A stretch of 64,000 nt of DNA. It comes from Candidatus Spongiisociaceae bacterium (GTDB lineage Bacteria; Actinomycetota; Acidimicrobiia; Spongiisociales; Spongiisociaceae). Below are positions 20,602-29,793 of the stretch, one piece after another. The stretch is from positions 1,632,001-1,696,000 of the forward strand of contig OZ253564.1 of NCBI GenBank assembly GCA_965262915.1, written 5' to 3'. The notes beneath the pieces were generated by a model that searched no databases, was not told where the DNA came from, and saw nothing but the letters and a program-made list of their open reading frames with translations. Position 1 is the first letter of the stretch; every line of letters starts with the position of its first letter. The translations under genes and the position numbers were made by a program.

Positions 20602-21599
20602 GGCGGCCGGCGGCGCGAGTCGAGACGATCACGTGGGCCCGCCTGGCGTTGTTCGTGGGCGTGTTCGTGGTCTTCGCCATTGCTGACCGGCGTTTCGCCG
20701 CAGCCAACAACATCTTCACGATCTTCGAAGGTTTCGCCTGGCTGGGACTCGCCGCGCTGGCGGTCGGATTGACCATCATCGCCGGCGAACTCGACCTGTC
20801 GGTCGGCTCGGTGGCTGCCGTCGCGGGGATCGTTGCCGTTTCCGTGGTCGAGGACATCGGCCTGGTCGCGGCGGTGGTGGTGGCGACCCTCCTCGGCCTC
20901 GCGTTCGGGGCCGCCCAGGGATACCTGATCCACCGGCTGAAGATCCACTCGCTGGTGTTCACCCTCGGGACGCTGATCGGGTTGCGGGGCCTAGCCTTCA
21001 TGATCTCGGGAGAGAACACCGTAGTCATGAAGAACCTCGACATCGCCGACGCGGTCCGCCACCAGCTCTGGATCTTCTCGCCCTTCAGCCTGGTGACGAT
21101 CCTCGTGTTCGCCCTTGTCGGCCTGTTCCTCGTATACACCCGGTTCGGTCGGGAGATCTTCGCCATTGGAGGCGGGCGCCAGGAGGCGGCCGCGGCCGGC
21201 GTTCCGCTGGTACGTCCCCTGGTGCTGACCTTCGCCCTGTCCGGGTCCATGGCGGCCCTCGCCGGTGCGCTCACCTCGATCAAGTCGGGGAGCGCCGGGC
21301 CGGCCGCCTTCCAACAGCTGCTCCTTCCGGCGGCCACCGCGGCCCTGATCGGCGGGGTCAGCCTGCTGGGCGGCAAGGGTTCCGTCTACGGGATCGCCGT
21401 CGGGACGCTCACGCTGCGGTTCATCACCAGCGGGTTGAGTCTGGGAGGCGCGCCGTTCTACGTTCTGACGCTGGCCACGGGGGCGGTCCTCATCGTGGTG
21501 GTGGTGCTCGAACTGGTCGTCGAGCGGCCGGCGGTGCGGGCCGGGCTGCGGCGATGGCGGACTCGCCGGCGCGCCCAGGCGCGAGGTCAGCCGGGGTGA
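20598..21599 (+). CDS. Sugar ABC transporter permease
   Basis: GELDLSVGS, TRFGREIFAIGG, AALIGGVSLLGGKG. Confidence 0.87.
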   Translation: MRRPAARVETITWARLALFVGVFVVFAIADRRFAAANNIFTIFEGFAWLGLAALAVGLTIIAGELDLSVGSVAAVAGIVAVSVVEDIGLVAAVVVATLLGLAFGAAQGYLIHRLKIHSLVFTLGTLIGLRGLAFMISGENTVVMKNLDIADAVRHQLWIFSPFSLVTILVFALVGLFLVYTRFGREIFAIGGGRQEAAAAGVPLVRPLVLTFALSGSMAALAGALTSIKSGSAGPAAFQQLLLPAATAALIGGVSLLGGKGSVYGIAVGTLTLRFITSGLSLGGAPFYVLTLATGAVLIVVVVLELVVERPAVRAGLRRWRTRRRAQARGQPG

Positions 21600-22354
21600 T
21601 ACACGATCTGGGGATCACGAATATGTCCGTGCGGGCGCCGGACCGGGTAGTCATGGGTCCGGGGGCCTTCGACGATCCCCGGATGCTGATATCGGTGGGT
21701 GTGCTCGGCAAGGGGGACTCGGTGGCGCCGCGGCCGTCCGGGCCCGGCCGGGAAGAGGTATGGATCGTCCTGGATCCCGGAGTGGAGACCCTCGGGGCCG
21801 GCGTCTCCGCGCTACGCCGCGAGCCGGGTATCCTGGCCGGCTTCTCGGGGTCGGTGCACGGGCTGGCCAACCCGGGTACCACTCCCATTCGCTACATACG
21901 AGTAGCCATGGGCGATGCTCTCACCGAGGACATCCCCGTAGCGGCACCGGCGGACCCGGAATGGGAACCGCTCGATCAAATTCGGCTGGAGGCCACCAAA
22001 GCCCACGACGGTATGGGCGAGATCCGGTTCCGGAGATTGTGGGACGAGGAGCGGTTCGCCACCCCCTGGGGGTTCGTCGATCACGCGGTTGTCGATTCGG
22101 GAACTTCGGTCGGGTATCACCGCCACGATACGGTCCAGGAGTGCTACCTCATCCTCGACGGGACCGGCATCATGAAGGTCGACGACACCGTTTTCGAAGT
22201 GGGGCCCGGCGGCTGCGTCCCCAACCGCCTGGGAGGTTGCCACGGTCTCGTGGCCCATCGGGAACCGGTGGAGTTCATCAACCTGGCCCTCTACACGGAG
22301 GGTCGTTTCGACGTGACCGACCTGGGCGACGATCTGTCAGGCTGCCTGCCGTAG
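21596..22354 (+). CDS. Cupin domain protein
   Basis: VGYHRH...ECYLILDGTG...H cupin motifs; GTGA overlap with the permease. Confidence 0.75.
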   Translation: MIHDLGITNMSVRAPDRVVMGPGAFDDPRMLISVGVLGKGDSVAPRPSGPGREEVWIVLDPGVETLGAGVSALRREPGILAGFSGSVHGLANPGTTPIRYIRVAMGDALTEDIPVAAPADPEWEPLDQIRLEATKAHDGMGEIRFRRLWDEERFATPWGFVDHAVVDSGTSVGYHRHDTVQECYLILDGTGIMKVDDTVFEVGPGGCVPNRLGGCHGLVAHREPVEFINLALYTEGRFDVTDLGDDLSGCLP

Positions 22355-23199
22355 TCGCATCGACCGGGAACTCCTATGTCTCGTGCCGTCCGGCCGGGGG
22401 TGTGCGGGTAGGCGCCGGACCCGGGGAACGAGCCTGGTGACGGTTGGTTGGTTCGTGGCGACGACCAGGGATCGGACAGGCTGAATCTGGCCCGGGGAGT
22501 GGGCGATGCAGACCCCTCCGGCGGCTCATCCTCGGGGTGGCGTCACCAGATCGCGAAAAACGCCGCCGCCGACCTCTCCGCCGGGCCCACCCCCACCACC
22601 ACCCAGCCAGGTCTCAGAGCGCGTTCTCCCCGCCCCCGGTGGGCTGTCCTATGCCGCGATTCGTGATCCCACGGGCGGTCGAAGGACATCCGGTTCGACA
22701 CCGCCCAGGTGTTTGGTACTTCCATTGTGCAACATGGTCGTGACAGGATCAACCCCCTCGCGCGAGCAGGGTTCTCTCGAGTCGGCCTCCCGTCTGCCAG
22801 GGCCCTTTCAGGCGAGTACTCAAGACCGGGTGAAATGGTTGGGCCACCGTCCGGTGACCTGGCATTTTGGCATCGACGGTCGGGCCAACCGGCCCGGCGG
22901 GTCTTGACACCCTGCCAGTCCCGTACCGGTCGAACGAGACCGGCAACGAAGGCTCTGATGTGCCTGGCCGCCCCGAGCGGAGGGTGTTGATGTGCTACGA
23001 ACAGTTGCCGCAATGACGACGGCGGGCCGGAGCCGGCCGAACCCGGCGGTCTTGGGAGAGCGGTTGCGTGCCGTTAGTGTGACCGGGCTTCGCAATGCCG
23101 AAGCGGTCGAGGAGGTGCGGCTGTAAACCAGGTGCCGCAGGACCCGCCGACCGGCTCCGGTCTTCGTGTCCATGCTGTTCGAGATAGGGGAGTGGCGGG

Positions 23200-23982
23200 T
23201 TGCAACGTCCTGATCAAGACGGATCGCGGTCTCGGGGTCATGCCTCGGCCGGTGCGCTACGGGATCCGGCCGCCCGGATAGCGGGCGGGTTGTTGCTCCT
23301 GACCGCACTGGCAACGGTTGCCATGGTGGTCGGCCGGGTCGGCTCCGGCGCGGATGAACCCACGCTTGCCGAATCCCTCACCTCCATATCGCGGAGCCAG
23401 GGCCTGTACACGCTGAGCGGCGCCGGTCGGCTGCTCTCGGGGATCACCTTGATCACCGCGGCCCGGTACCTCTCCAGAACACGGATCATCAAGGAACGGT
23501 ACGCCTCCTCGCTCACGCCGGCCTTCTTCTCGGTGTCGGGCGTCTTCACCGCAGTGTCGGGCGCGCTGGCGATCGCCCTGGCGGTGCTGGCATCCGATGT
23601 CGCTCTGCTCGGTGCCGGATCGCCCACCTACTCCCTGGCTGAGACGACGGCGGACATCAGGTGGCTCACCGGCAAGATCGGCTTCGCGGCAGCCGGGCTG
23701 GCGTTACTCCTCATATCCCGGTACCCATGGCGGGTCGGGGGTCCACTCCGATACGTCGCGCCCTCGTCGTCGGTGGTCGGAGCTGCCATGCAGTTCATCT
23801 GGGTCGACTCCGCACCCGTCGCCCACCCGGTCGTAGGCGCCGCCTTCCTCCTCTGGCTGGTCGCCGTCGGGTGGATGCTCCTGACCGGCCGGGCCGAGGA
23901 GCAGCTGCTGTTCATGGATACGCAGTCCGGCCGTGACGCTCCCCCCGGAGGGGGAGTGCACACCGGCGGTGATGGGAGGTAG
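23200..23982 (+). CDS. Membrane protein, unknown function
   Basis: Several hydrophobic segments. Confidence 0.55.
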   Translation: MQRPDQDGSRSRGHASAGALRDPAARIAGGLLLLTALATVAMVVGRVGSGADEPTLAESLTSISRSQGLYTLSGAGRLLSGITLITAARYLSRTRIIKERYASSLTPAFFSVSGVFTAVSGALAIALAVLASDVALLGAGSPTYSLAETTADIRWLTGKIGFAAAGLALLLISRYPWRVGGPLRYVAPSSSVVGAAMQFIWVDSAPVAHPVVGAAFLLWLVAVGWMLLTGRAEEQLLFMDTQSGRDAPPGGGVHTGGDGR

Positions 23983-24367
23983 CGCTTTGTTGAGGGTCGT
24001 GGGCATCTACAACGCGGACGGCGGGTTGTCGGGCGAACTGCGTTACGTCGTGGGCAAGGTGGCGGGCCGAAGCGACTGCGGGTTGTGCGATCTCACCCAT
24101 GGCTGGAACGCGTTCGGGAAGCGGTCCTGGCGCGAGGCCTGCCGGGCGAGCCCCGTTCCCCTTGAGTTGATCCACCGCAACAAGGCAACCCCGTCACAGT
24201 TGGCCGCGGCCGGATCTCTCCCGGTCGTGCTGGTGGGGGAGGAGGGAGCGTGGCGCCGCGCGGCGGACGCCGACCTGATTCGCTCGCTGCGCAAGGAACC
24301 GGCCCGCCTCCTGGACCACCTGGAGAAGGTGATCGCCGGCGGGCGTCAGGAGAATGCCGAACAATGA
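23972..24367 (+). CDS. Conserved hypothetical protein
   Basis: GIYNADGG..GEL.Y..GK...CGLCDLTHG, a protein-like conserved pattern. Confidence 0.65.
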   Translation: MGGSALLRVVGIYNADGGLSGELRYVVGKVAGRSDCGLCDLTHGWNAFGKRSWREACRASPVPLELIHRNKATPSQLAAAGSLPVVLVGEEGAWRRAADADLIRSLRKEPARLLDHLEKVIAGGRQENAEQ

Positions 24368-24616
24368 CGATTGCTGTCGGCCCGCTGCCCGCTGACCAGG
24401 TAGTTCCTGGTTGAACAACCCCCCGTTGGCCCGACGGTCGATGACAGAATGCCACGTCAACAGACGGCGGGTCAACCATTCACCCGTTCTCATTCAGTAC
24501 CCTCCCAGAACCGGTCGCCACCCTCGGCAGGCGTACGAGGTTGGAGGAGAACGCGCCTGCGCCGCGGCCCGTGTCAGTTCCCCCGGGTATGTATATACGT
24601 CATCCGCGAGATCGTT

Positions 24617-25285
24617 TCAAGCCCCTTGTAGCTGGTCGGGGGGGCCTGCCCACCGGCGGGCGCGTTCGAGGAGATCGATCACCTGGCTGTCCGGAGTGGC
24701 CCGGAAGTCGGCGTAGAACATCCCGATGGCGGAGAAGCGCCTGGGCATGGACACGGCCACGAACTCGTCGGCGGCACTCTCGAAGATGGACGGGGCGTCT
24801 CGGGGCGCCACGGGAGTAGCCATGACGATGCGAGCCGCGCCCTGCCGTCGGGCGATGGGGCAGGCAGCCAGGGCGGTCGATCCGGTGGCGATCCCGTCGT
24901 CGACGATCACGGCGGTTTTCCCCTTCAGATCCACCGATGGGCGGCCGGCCCGGAACAACCCGGCCTGGCGGGCTATTTCCCGGCGCTCACGCTGCTCCAC
25001 CCGATCTATCTGGTCGGGACCGATTCGCAGGTGCTTTACGCGGTCCTCGTCGATGATCCTGATCCCGCCTTCGCCGATGGCGCCCATGGCCAGTTCCGGC
25101 TGGACGGGCACGCCGAGCTTGCGCACCAGCAGTACTTCGAGAGGTGCGGATAGCTCGCGGGCCACCTCGAAACCGACCGGAACGCCGCCCCGAGGGAGTC
25201 CCAGGATGACCGCGGGCTCTTCCCGCAGGTGACCGAGCAGGCCGGCCAGCTTACGTCCGGCGTGGGCCCGGTTCATGAATCGCAT
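24617..25285 (-). CDS. Phosphoribosyltransferase family protein
   Basis: LGLPRGGVPV, VRKLGVP.QPELAMGA, IVDDGIATG. Confidence 0.88.
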   Translation of the reverse strand: MRFMNRAHAGRKLAGLLGHLREEPAVILGLPRGGVPVGFEVARELSAPLEVLLVRKLGVPVQPELAMGAIGEGGIRIIDEDRVKHLRIGPDQIDRVEQRERREIARQAGLFRAGRPSVDLKGKTAVIVDDGIATGSTALAACPIARRQGAARIVMATPVAPRDAPSIFESAADEFVAVSMPRRFSAIGMFYADFRATPDSQVIDLLERARRWAGPPDQLQGA

Positions 25286-25296
25286 AGCACCTCCTC

Positions 25297-25462
25297 GTGA
25301 TCTGTCTGCAAAATGATCCGGCGTGCCCTGCTCGCCATCGACGGCCCTCGGTTGCGTTCCGCCTCCTCGGCGTATGCTACGGGTACGCCTAAGTCAGCGG
25401 GCCTTGCGAGGAACTCCGCTGCCGGTGCATGCCACACACCTCTACTCCACAGACAGACCACT
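25297..25462 (+). repeat. MITE-like family A, complete copy (~165 bp)
   Basis: GTGATCTGTCTG...CAGACAGACCAC inverted ends; internal identity with 10657-10768. Confidence 0.65.
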
Positions 25463-25569
25463 GCTCCCGGACCGATTGTGCCAGGCGCCGGTGCGGTGCG
25501 GGGCCGGGAGATGTACGCGGTTTTCCCCGCCACATTGAAGTGGAGCCAGTAAATCGGTACGGTGGCGGG

Positions 25570-26646
25570 ATGTCTGACTTTCTGGTTGCGCAAGCGGTGA
25601 CCGACACGTGCGGTGCCGATCCGGGGGCTGTCTGCAGCCTGATACTCGACCTCAGCGGGAACTCGCAAGCGGCGCGCATCGCCGACCTCGCGGCCCGGCC
25701 GATCAAGGTCGTGCTCATCCTCGTGGTGGCGTGGATCGTCAACCGGCTCGTCCGTCGATGGCTGGACCGGGCTGTCGAAGGTTGGCTGACCCGGCGGGCG
25801 GAAGCCGCCGCGGAGGCCCGCGAGATATCGGACGAGGCTTCGGGCCGGATCGACGAGCTACGCGAGGCCGCGCTACGGCGGGCCCGTCGCATGGTCGAGA
25901 AGCAGGAACGGGCCGGCCAACGTACCAGGACGCTCGGGGCGCTCCTCCGCTCCGTAGCCTCCGTCGCCATATACGGGTTGGCAGTGATGATGGCCCTAGG
26001 GGAGTTCGACGTGAACCTGGGTCCGCTGATCGCCGGGGCCGGGATCCTCGGCGTGGCCCTCGGCTTCGGCGCCAAGAGCCTGGTCCAGGACTTCCTGTCC
26101 GGAATCTTCATGCTTCTGGAGGACCAGTACGGGGTGGGCGACGTTGTGGACGTCGGTGATACGGCCGGGGTCGTGGAGGAGGTCAAGCTCCGCACCACCC
26201 AGGTCCGTGACATCAACGGCACCCTCTGGCACATCCCGAACGGGGCGATCCGCCGGGTCGCCAACATGACACAGGACTGGGGACGGGTGGTGCTGGATCT
26301 CGACGTGGCTTACGACACCGACATTGCCGCGGCGACGACCGTGATCAAGGAAGTCGCGGACGCGGTGTGGCACGAGCAGCTGCCCTACGCGACCATCACC
26401 GAGGAGCCCATGATCGCGGGCGTCCAGAGTCTCGGCGACAGCGCCATCTCCATCCGCCTGATGGCCAGGACGGAACCGGGGGAGCACTTCGCCGCTGCCC
26501 GGGAACTGCGAGGACGGATCAAGGATGCCTTCGACGAGGCCGGGATCGAGATCCCCTTCCCGCAACGCACGGTGTGGATGCGGACCGATCAGCCCGCGGC
26601 CGAGCCAGGCATCGAAATGGCGCGGGATCGCGAGGGGAAGTTCTAG
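25570..26646 (+). CDS. MscS-family mechanosensitive channel
   Basis: GVALGFGAKSLVQDFLSG, EDQYGVGD, GIEIPFPQR. Confidence 0.9.
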   Translation: MSDFLVAQAVTDTCGADPGAVCSLILDLSGNSQAARIADLAARPIKVVLILVVAWIVNRLVRRWLDRAVEGWLTRRAEAAAEAREISDEASGRIDELREAALRRARRMVEKQERAGQRTRTLGALLRSVASVAIYGLAVMMALGEFDVNLGPLIAGAGILGVALGFGAKSLVQDFLSGIFMLLEDQYGVGDVVDVGDTAGVVEEVKLRTTQVRDINGTLWHIPNGAIRRVANMTQDWGRVVLDLDVAYDTDIAAATTVIKEVADAVWHEQLPYATITEEPMIAGVQSLGDSAISIRLMARTEPGEHFAAARELRGRIKDAFDEAGIEIPFPQRTVWMRTDQPAAEPGIEMARDREGKF

Positions 26647-26717
26647 TGGTCTGCCTGTGAAATGGCGTCGTGTCATGGCAAGCAGGGCACGGCAAGTTGT
26701 CTTGCATACAGACCACC
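26645..26717 (-). repeat. MITE-like family A, internally deleted inverted copy
   Basis: AGTGGTCTGCCTGTGAAATGGCG...GCACGGCAAGTTGTCTTGCATACAGACCAC contains both ends. Confidence 0.6.
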
Positions 26718-26831
26718 GGCGGCAATTTTCCCACTGTCCGCTGAGAACGGGCTGCGGGATGACCTGGCGTGCCGGAGCGGGTTAAGGTTCTCTCCTGTGG
26801 AGATGCCCTCCCGTCATCGCGAAAGGACGGT

Positions 26832-27686
26832 ATGAACCGGGTTCTGGCTGCGGTCGATCTGAGCCCTCTCGCCAGGCGAGTAGCGGACCGGGCCCGTGTC
26901 CTGGCAGAGGCTCACGGTGCCGAACTCAGGCTGGTCCACGTGTGGGAGCCTCCCGATGTCCCGCTTCCCGACGACCTGCTCGAGCGGGTGTACCTCTACC
27001 GGCAGAGCCAGGCCGAGAACCTCCTGGCATGGATCAACTCACGGGCCCGGTGCCCCGTGGAGCTGGAGGTCCGCTCGGGGAGTGTGGCGGTGGACCTGAC
27101 CCGGATGTCCCGACAGGCGGAACTCGTGGTGACCGGGACCTCATCGGTCGACCAGACCCGGATCGGTCCCCGGACCACCAGGCTGGCCCGCAAGGTGCAC
27201 TCCTCGGTGTTGAGCGTACGCCGGAGGTCGTGTGTCCCGTACCGGCGGGCGATCGCAGCCGTCGATCTGTCCGACTCGAGCGCCGCGGCGATCGACCTGG
27301 CCATCACCCTGGCCACCGGGGCCGACACCATCACCGCCGTGGCCTCCCTTTCCTCCTACGACGAGATGATCCTCTCCGATGCCGGGGTTTCTCCCGAACA
27401 ACTCGACCGGGTGCGGCGCGCCCGCCTCTCGATGCTGGAGGAGCGCCTAGAGAAGTTCGTCGCCGGCTGGGGCGGACTGGTCAGGACCAGGGTCCTCGAC
27501 GGGCCGGCGGCGGAGACCATAGCCGAGTTCGCACGGCGCCGTAGTGCGGATCTGGTCGTGGTGTCCAGCCGGGGCGCCGGCAACTCCAGCATGGTGCTGC
27601 TGGGCAGCATCGCCGAAGCGACCATGTGGAGCGTCCCCTGCGATGTGGCCGTCGCTCGAGTTCCAGGGCGCTTCCGGCGACCCTGA
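26832..27686 (+). CDS. Universal stress protein (two USP domains)
   Basis: VLAAVDLS, ADLVVVSSRG...LLGSIAE...PCDVAV. Confidence 0.85.
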   Translation: MNRVLAAVDLSPLARRVADRARVLAEAHGAELRLVHVWEPPDVPLPDDLLERVYLYRQSQAENLLAWINSRARCPVELEVRSGSVAVDLTRMSRQAELVVTGTSSVDQTRIGPRTTRLARKVHSSVLSVRRRSCVPYRRAIAAVDLSDSSAAAIDLAITLATGADTITAVASLSSYDEMILSDAGVSPEQLDRVRRARLSMLEERLEKFVAGWGGLVRTRVLDGPAAETIAEFARRRSADLVVVSSRGAGNSSMVLLGSIAEATMWSVPCDVAVARVPGRFRRP

Positions 27687-27687
27687 G

Positions 27688-27721
27688 TCCGTTGTCCGTT
27701 GTCCGTTGTCCGTCGTCCGTC
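27688..27721. repeat. Short heptamer repeat (GTCCGTT)n
   Basis: About five imperfect tandem GTCCGTT/GTCCGTC units. Confidence 0.7.
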
Positions 27722-27788
27722 GCTCTTGATGGTATTCGACTACCGAGACAGCGTTTTCTAACGATAGGCTACAGGCGGTAGTCGTTTC

Positions 27789-28007
27789 CCTGGCACCTGG
27801 CACCTGGCACCTGGCACCTGGCACCTGGCACCTGGCACCTGGCACCTGGCACCTGACACCTGACACCTGACACCTGACACCTGACACCTGACACCTGACA
27901 CCTGACACCTGACACCTGACACCTGACACCTGACACCTGACACTGGCACCTGGCACCTGGCACCTGACACTGGCACCTGGCACCTGACACTGGCACCTGG
28001 CACCTGA
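27789..28007. repeat. Heptamer tandem repeat (CCTGGCA/CCTGACA)n
   Basis: About 31 units, in blocks of two variants. Confidence 0.95.
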
Positions 28008-28823
28008 TCACGGGCGGACAGCCAGTACCTCGCCGTGCAGGAAGGCCCAGAAGCCGTCGGGTCGGTCGGTCCAGCGCCGGAAGGCGGCGGATATCTCCCC
28101 CAGTTCCGCCCGCGTGGCGTACCCGCCCGTGATGGCGTGGTCTGCGAAGTCGCTGTCGGTGACCCGCACCGCCCATAGCCCGCCCCAGATCGCTCGTTCT
28201 TCGGCGTTCCCGTAGGTGGTGGTGCTGCTGGTGACGGTCGGCTCCAGGAATCCGGCCTCGGTGATCCACGATAGGAGGAAGCGCCCTGCGTCGGCTTCGC
28301 CACGATTGGCGGCCGTTACCTGGTGGTAGAGGCGGCGCCAGCGGTGGATGGCCGGTTCGGTGGGCGCGTGGACCATGGTGCCGTAGTCGGCGTCCCGCAC
28401 AGCAACCAGCCCTCCCGGCTTGAGGACTCGGCGTGCCTCTCGCAAGGCCCGGACCGGATCGGCCAGGTGCTGGAGCACCTGGTGGGCGTAGACCACGTCG
28501 AAGGTGCCGTCTTCCCAGGGCAGGTCGTAGGCGGAGCCGACCTCGAAGGTCGCGTTGGTGAATCCGTGCCTCGCTACCCGGCTTCGGGCCGCCTCCACCA
28601 TCTCGGCGGACGTGTCCAGGCCCTTTACCCGACCGGCGTAGCGGGCTAGGCCGGTGGTGATCGTGCCCGGTCCGGATCCCACGTCGAGCAGTACCGTGTC
28701 GGGTCGCAGGCGGGGCAGCAGGAAGGCGGCGCACTCCTCGGCCGTGCGCCGCCGGTAGTACCCGACGATGGCCTCGTGGTACCCGTGCGTGTATCGCTCT
28801 CCGTCAGGCCGTTCCAGCGTCAT
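28008..28823 (-). CDS. Class I SAM-dependent methyltransferase
   Basis: LLDVGSGPG, FDVVYAHQVLQHL, RVLKPGG. Confidence 0.88.
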   Translation of the reverse strand: MTLERPDGERYTHGYHEAIVGYYRRRTAEECAAFLLPRLRPDTVLLDVGSGPGTITTGLARYAGRVKGLDTSAEMVEAARSRVARHGFTNATFEVGSAYDLPWEDGTFDVVYAHQVLQHLADPVRALREARRVLKPGGLVAVRDADYGTMVHAPTEPAIHRWRRLYHQVTAANRGEADAGRFLLSWITEAGFLEPTVTSSTTTYGNAEERAIWGGLWAVRVTDSDFADHAITGGYATRAELGEISAAFRRWTDRPDGFWAFLHGEVLAVRP

Positions 28824-28893
28824 AGCACTCTCTTGTGTTTAGGATCGATTACAGGCGGAGGCGGCACGGGTGACCACCCGAGCGCCCTACAAA

Positions 28894-29427
28894 CTACTCG
28901 GCAGGGGATGGGCCCTTGCCCTTGAGCCGGGCCAGGTCGGCAAAGAACTTGGGCAGGAGCACGCGCGGGACACGGTGACCATGGACGATGGCCGCCACCG
29001 CTATCGCCGCCAACACCAGGACCAGTCCGCTTGTATCCTCGACGGACAGGATCTGGAGGAACCAGCCGTACGCCATCCCCTGCAGCAGCATCCCGGATGC
29101 GGCGCTCCGGGCGAATACGAGCAGCCCTCCGAGGACCAGCGCCGGTATCAGCCAGGCCACGGGCGCGTAGCCGCCCATCACCAACCCCACCATCAGACCG
29201 GCGCCGACCATGCCGTCGATGGTCGCGTCCCATGGACCGAGCCTGGTCATTCCCGGCGCCCGCCGCGCCAGGATCCCGTCCATCGTGTCGGTGGTCCAGC
29301 CACTCACGAGGATCACCGCGCCCAGCAGCAACCGGTCGCCGGCTATCACCAGGGCGAGCAAGACCGCCAAGGCCAGCCGTGCCAGCGTCAGCGTGTCCGC
29401 GGCCCGGGCAACTGCGACCGTAACCAT
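28894..29427 (-). CDS. CDP-alcohol phosphatidyltransferase-like membrane protein
   Basis: ADTLTLARL, DTMDGILARR...G..D...D motif. Confidence 0.7.
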   Translation of the reverse strand: MVTVAVARAADTLTLARLALAVLLALVIAGDRLLLGAVILVSGWTTDTMDGILARRAPGMTRLGPWDATIDGMVGAGLMVGLVMGGYAPVAWLIPALVLGGLLVFARSAASGMLLQGMAYGWFLQILSVEDTSGLVLVLAAIAVAAIVHGHRVPRVLLPKFFADLARLKGKGPSPAE

Positions 29428-29505
29428 CGTATGTCTCCGGAGAGGTATCGCTTCTTGTCGGTTCAAGTATCCTAGAGGCGATCCGATCGGTGTATGGTCG
29501 GTCCG

Positions 29506-29579
29506 GGGCCCGTAGCTCAAGTGGTCAGAGCAGCGGACTCATAATCCGTTGGTTGCAGGTTCGAGTCCTGCCGGGCCCA
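29506..29579 (+). tRNA. tRNA with CAT anticodon, most likely tRNA-Ile2 (lysidine type); CCA not encoded
   Basis: GGGCCCG/CGGGCCC acceptor stem, TAGCTCA...TGG D arm, GCGGA-CTCATAA-TCCGT anticodon arm, GGTTCGAGTCC T loop; resembles ileX-type tRNAs. Confidence 0.93.
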
Positions 29580-29793
29580 CAGCGGGGTCTTCGCGTGTTA
29601 TGGGCTGTTGAGTTCGCGGGTTAGGGGTGTTGGTGGGGGTTCTGGCCTGTTTCAGGGGTGTTCGGGTGTGTTTGGCCGGGGTGTGGGGGTGTGTGGCTGT
29701 GGTTACGGGTGGTGCTGGCCGCGACGGTCGGTTTCTGGACGCGGTTGATTGGACGGGTGGGTTCCCGTCGAAGAGGAGCGGTGGGGGGTTGGT

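Noticed and set aside
27447-28734. ORFs with VRCQVSG/ARCQVPG repeats
   Set aside because: Translations of the heptamer microsatellite that overlap real genes
29506-29579. tRNA-fMet call from the CAT anticodon
   Set aside because: The 1-72 position is paired and there is no GGG/CCC anticodon stem; Ile2 is favoured, though elongator Met cannot be fully excluded
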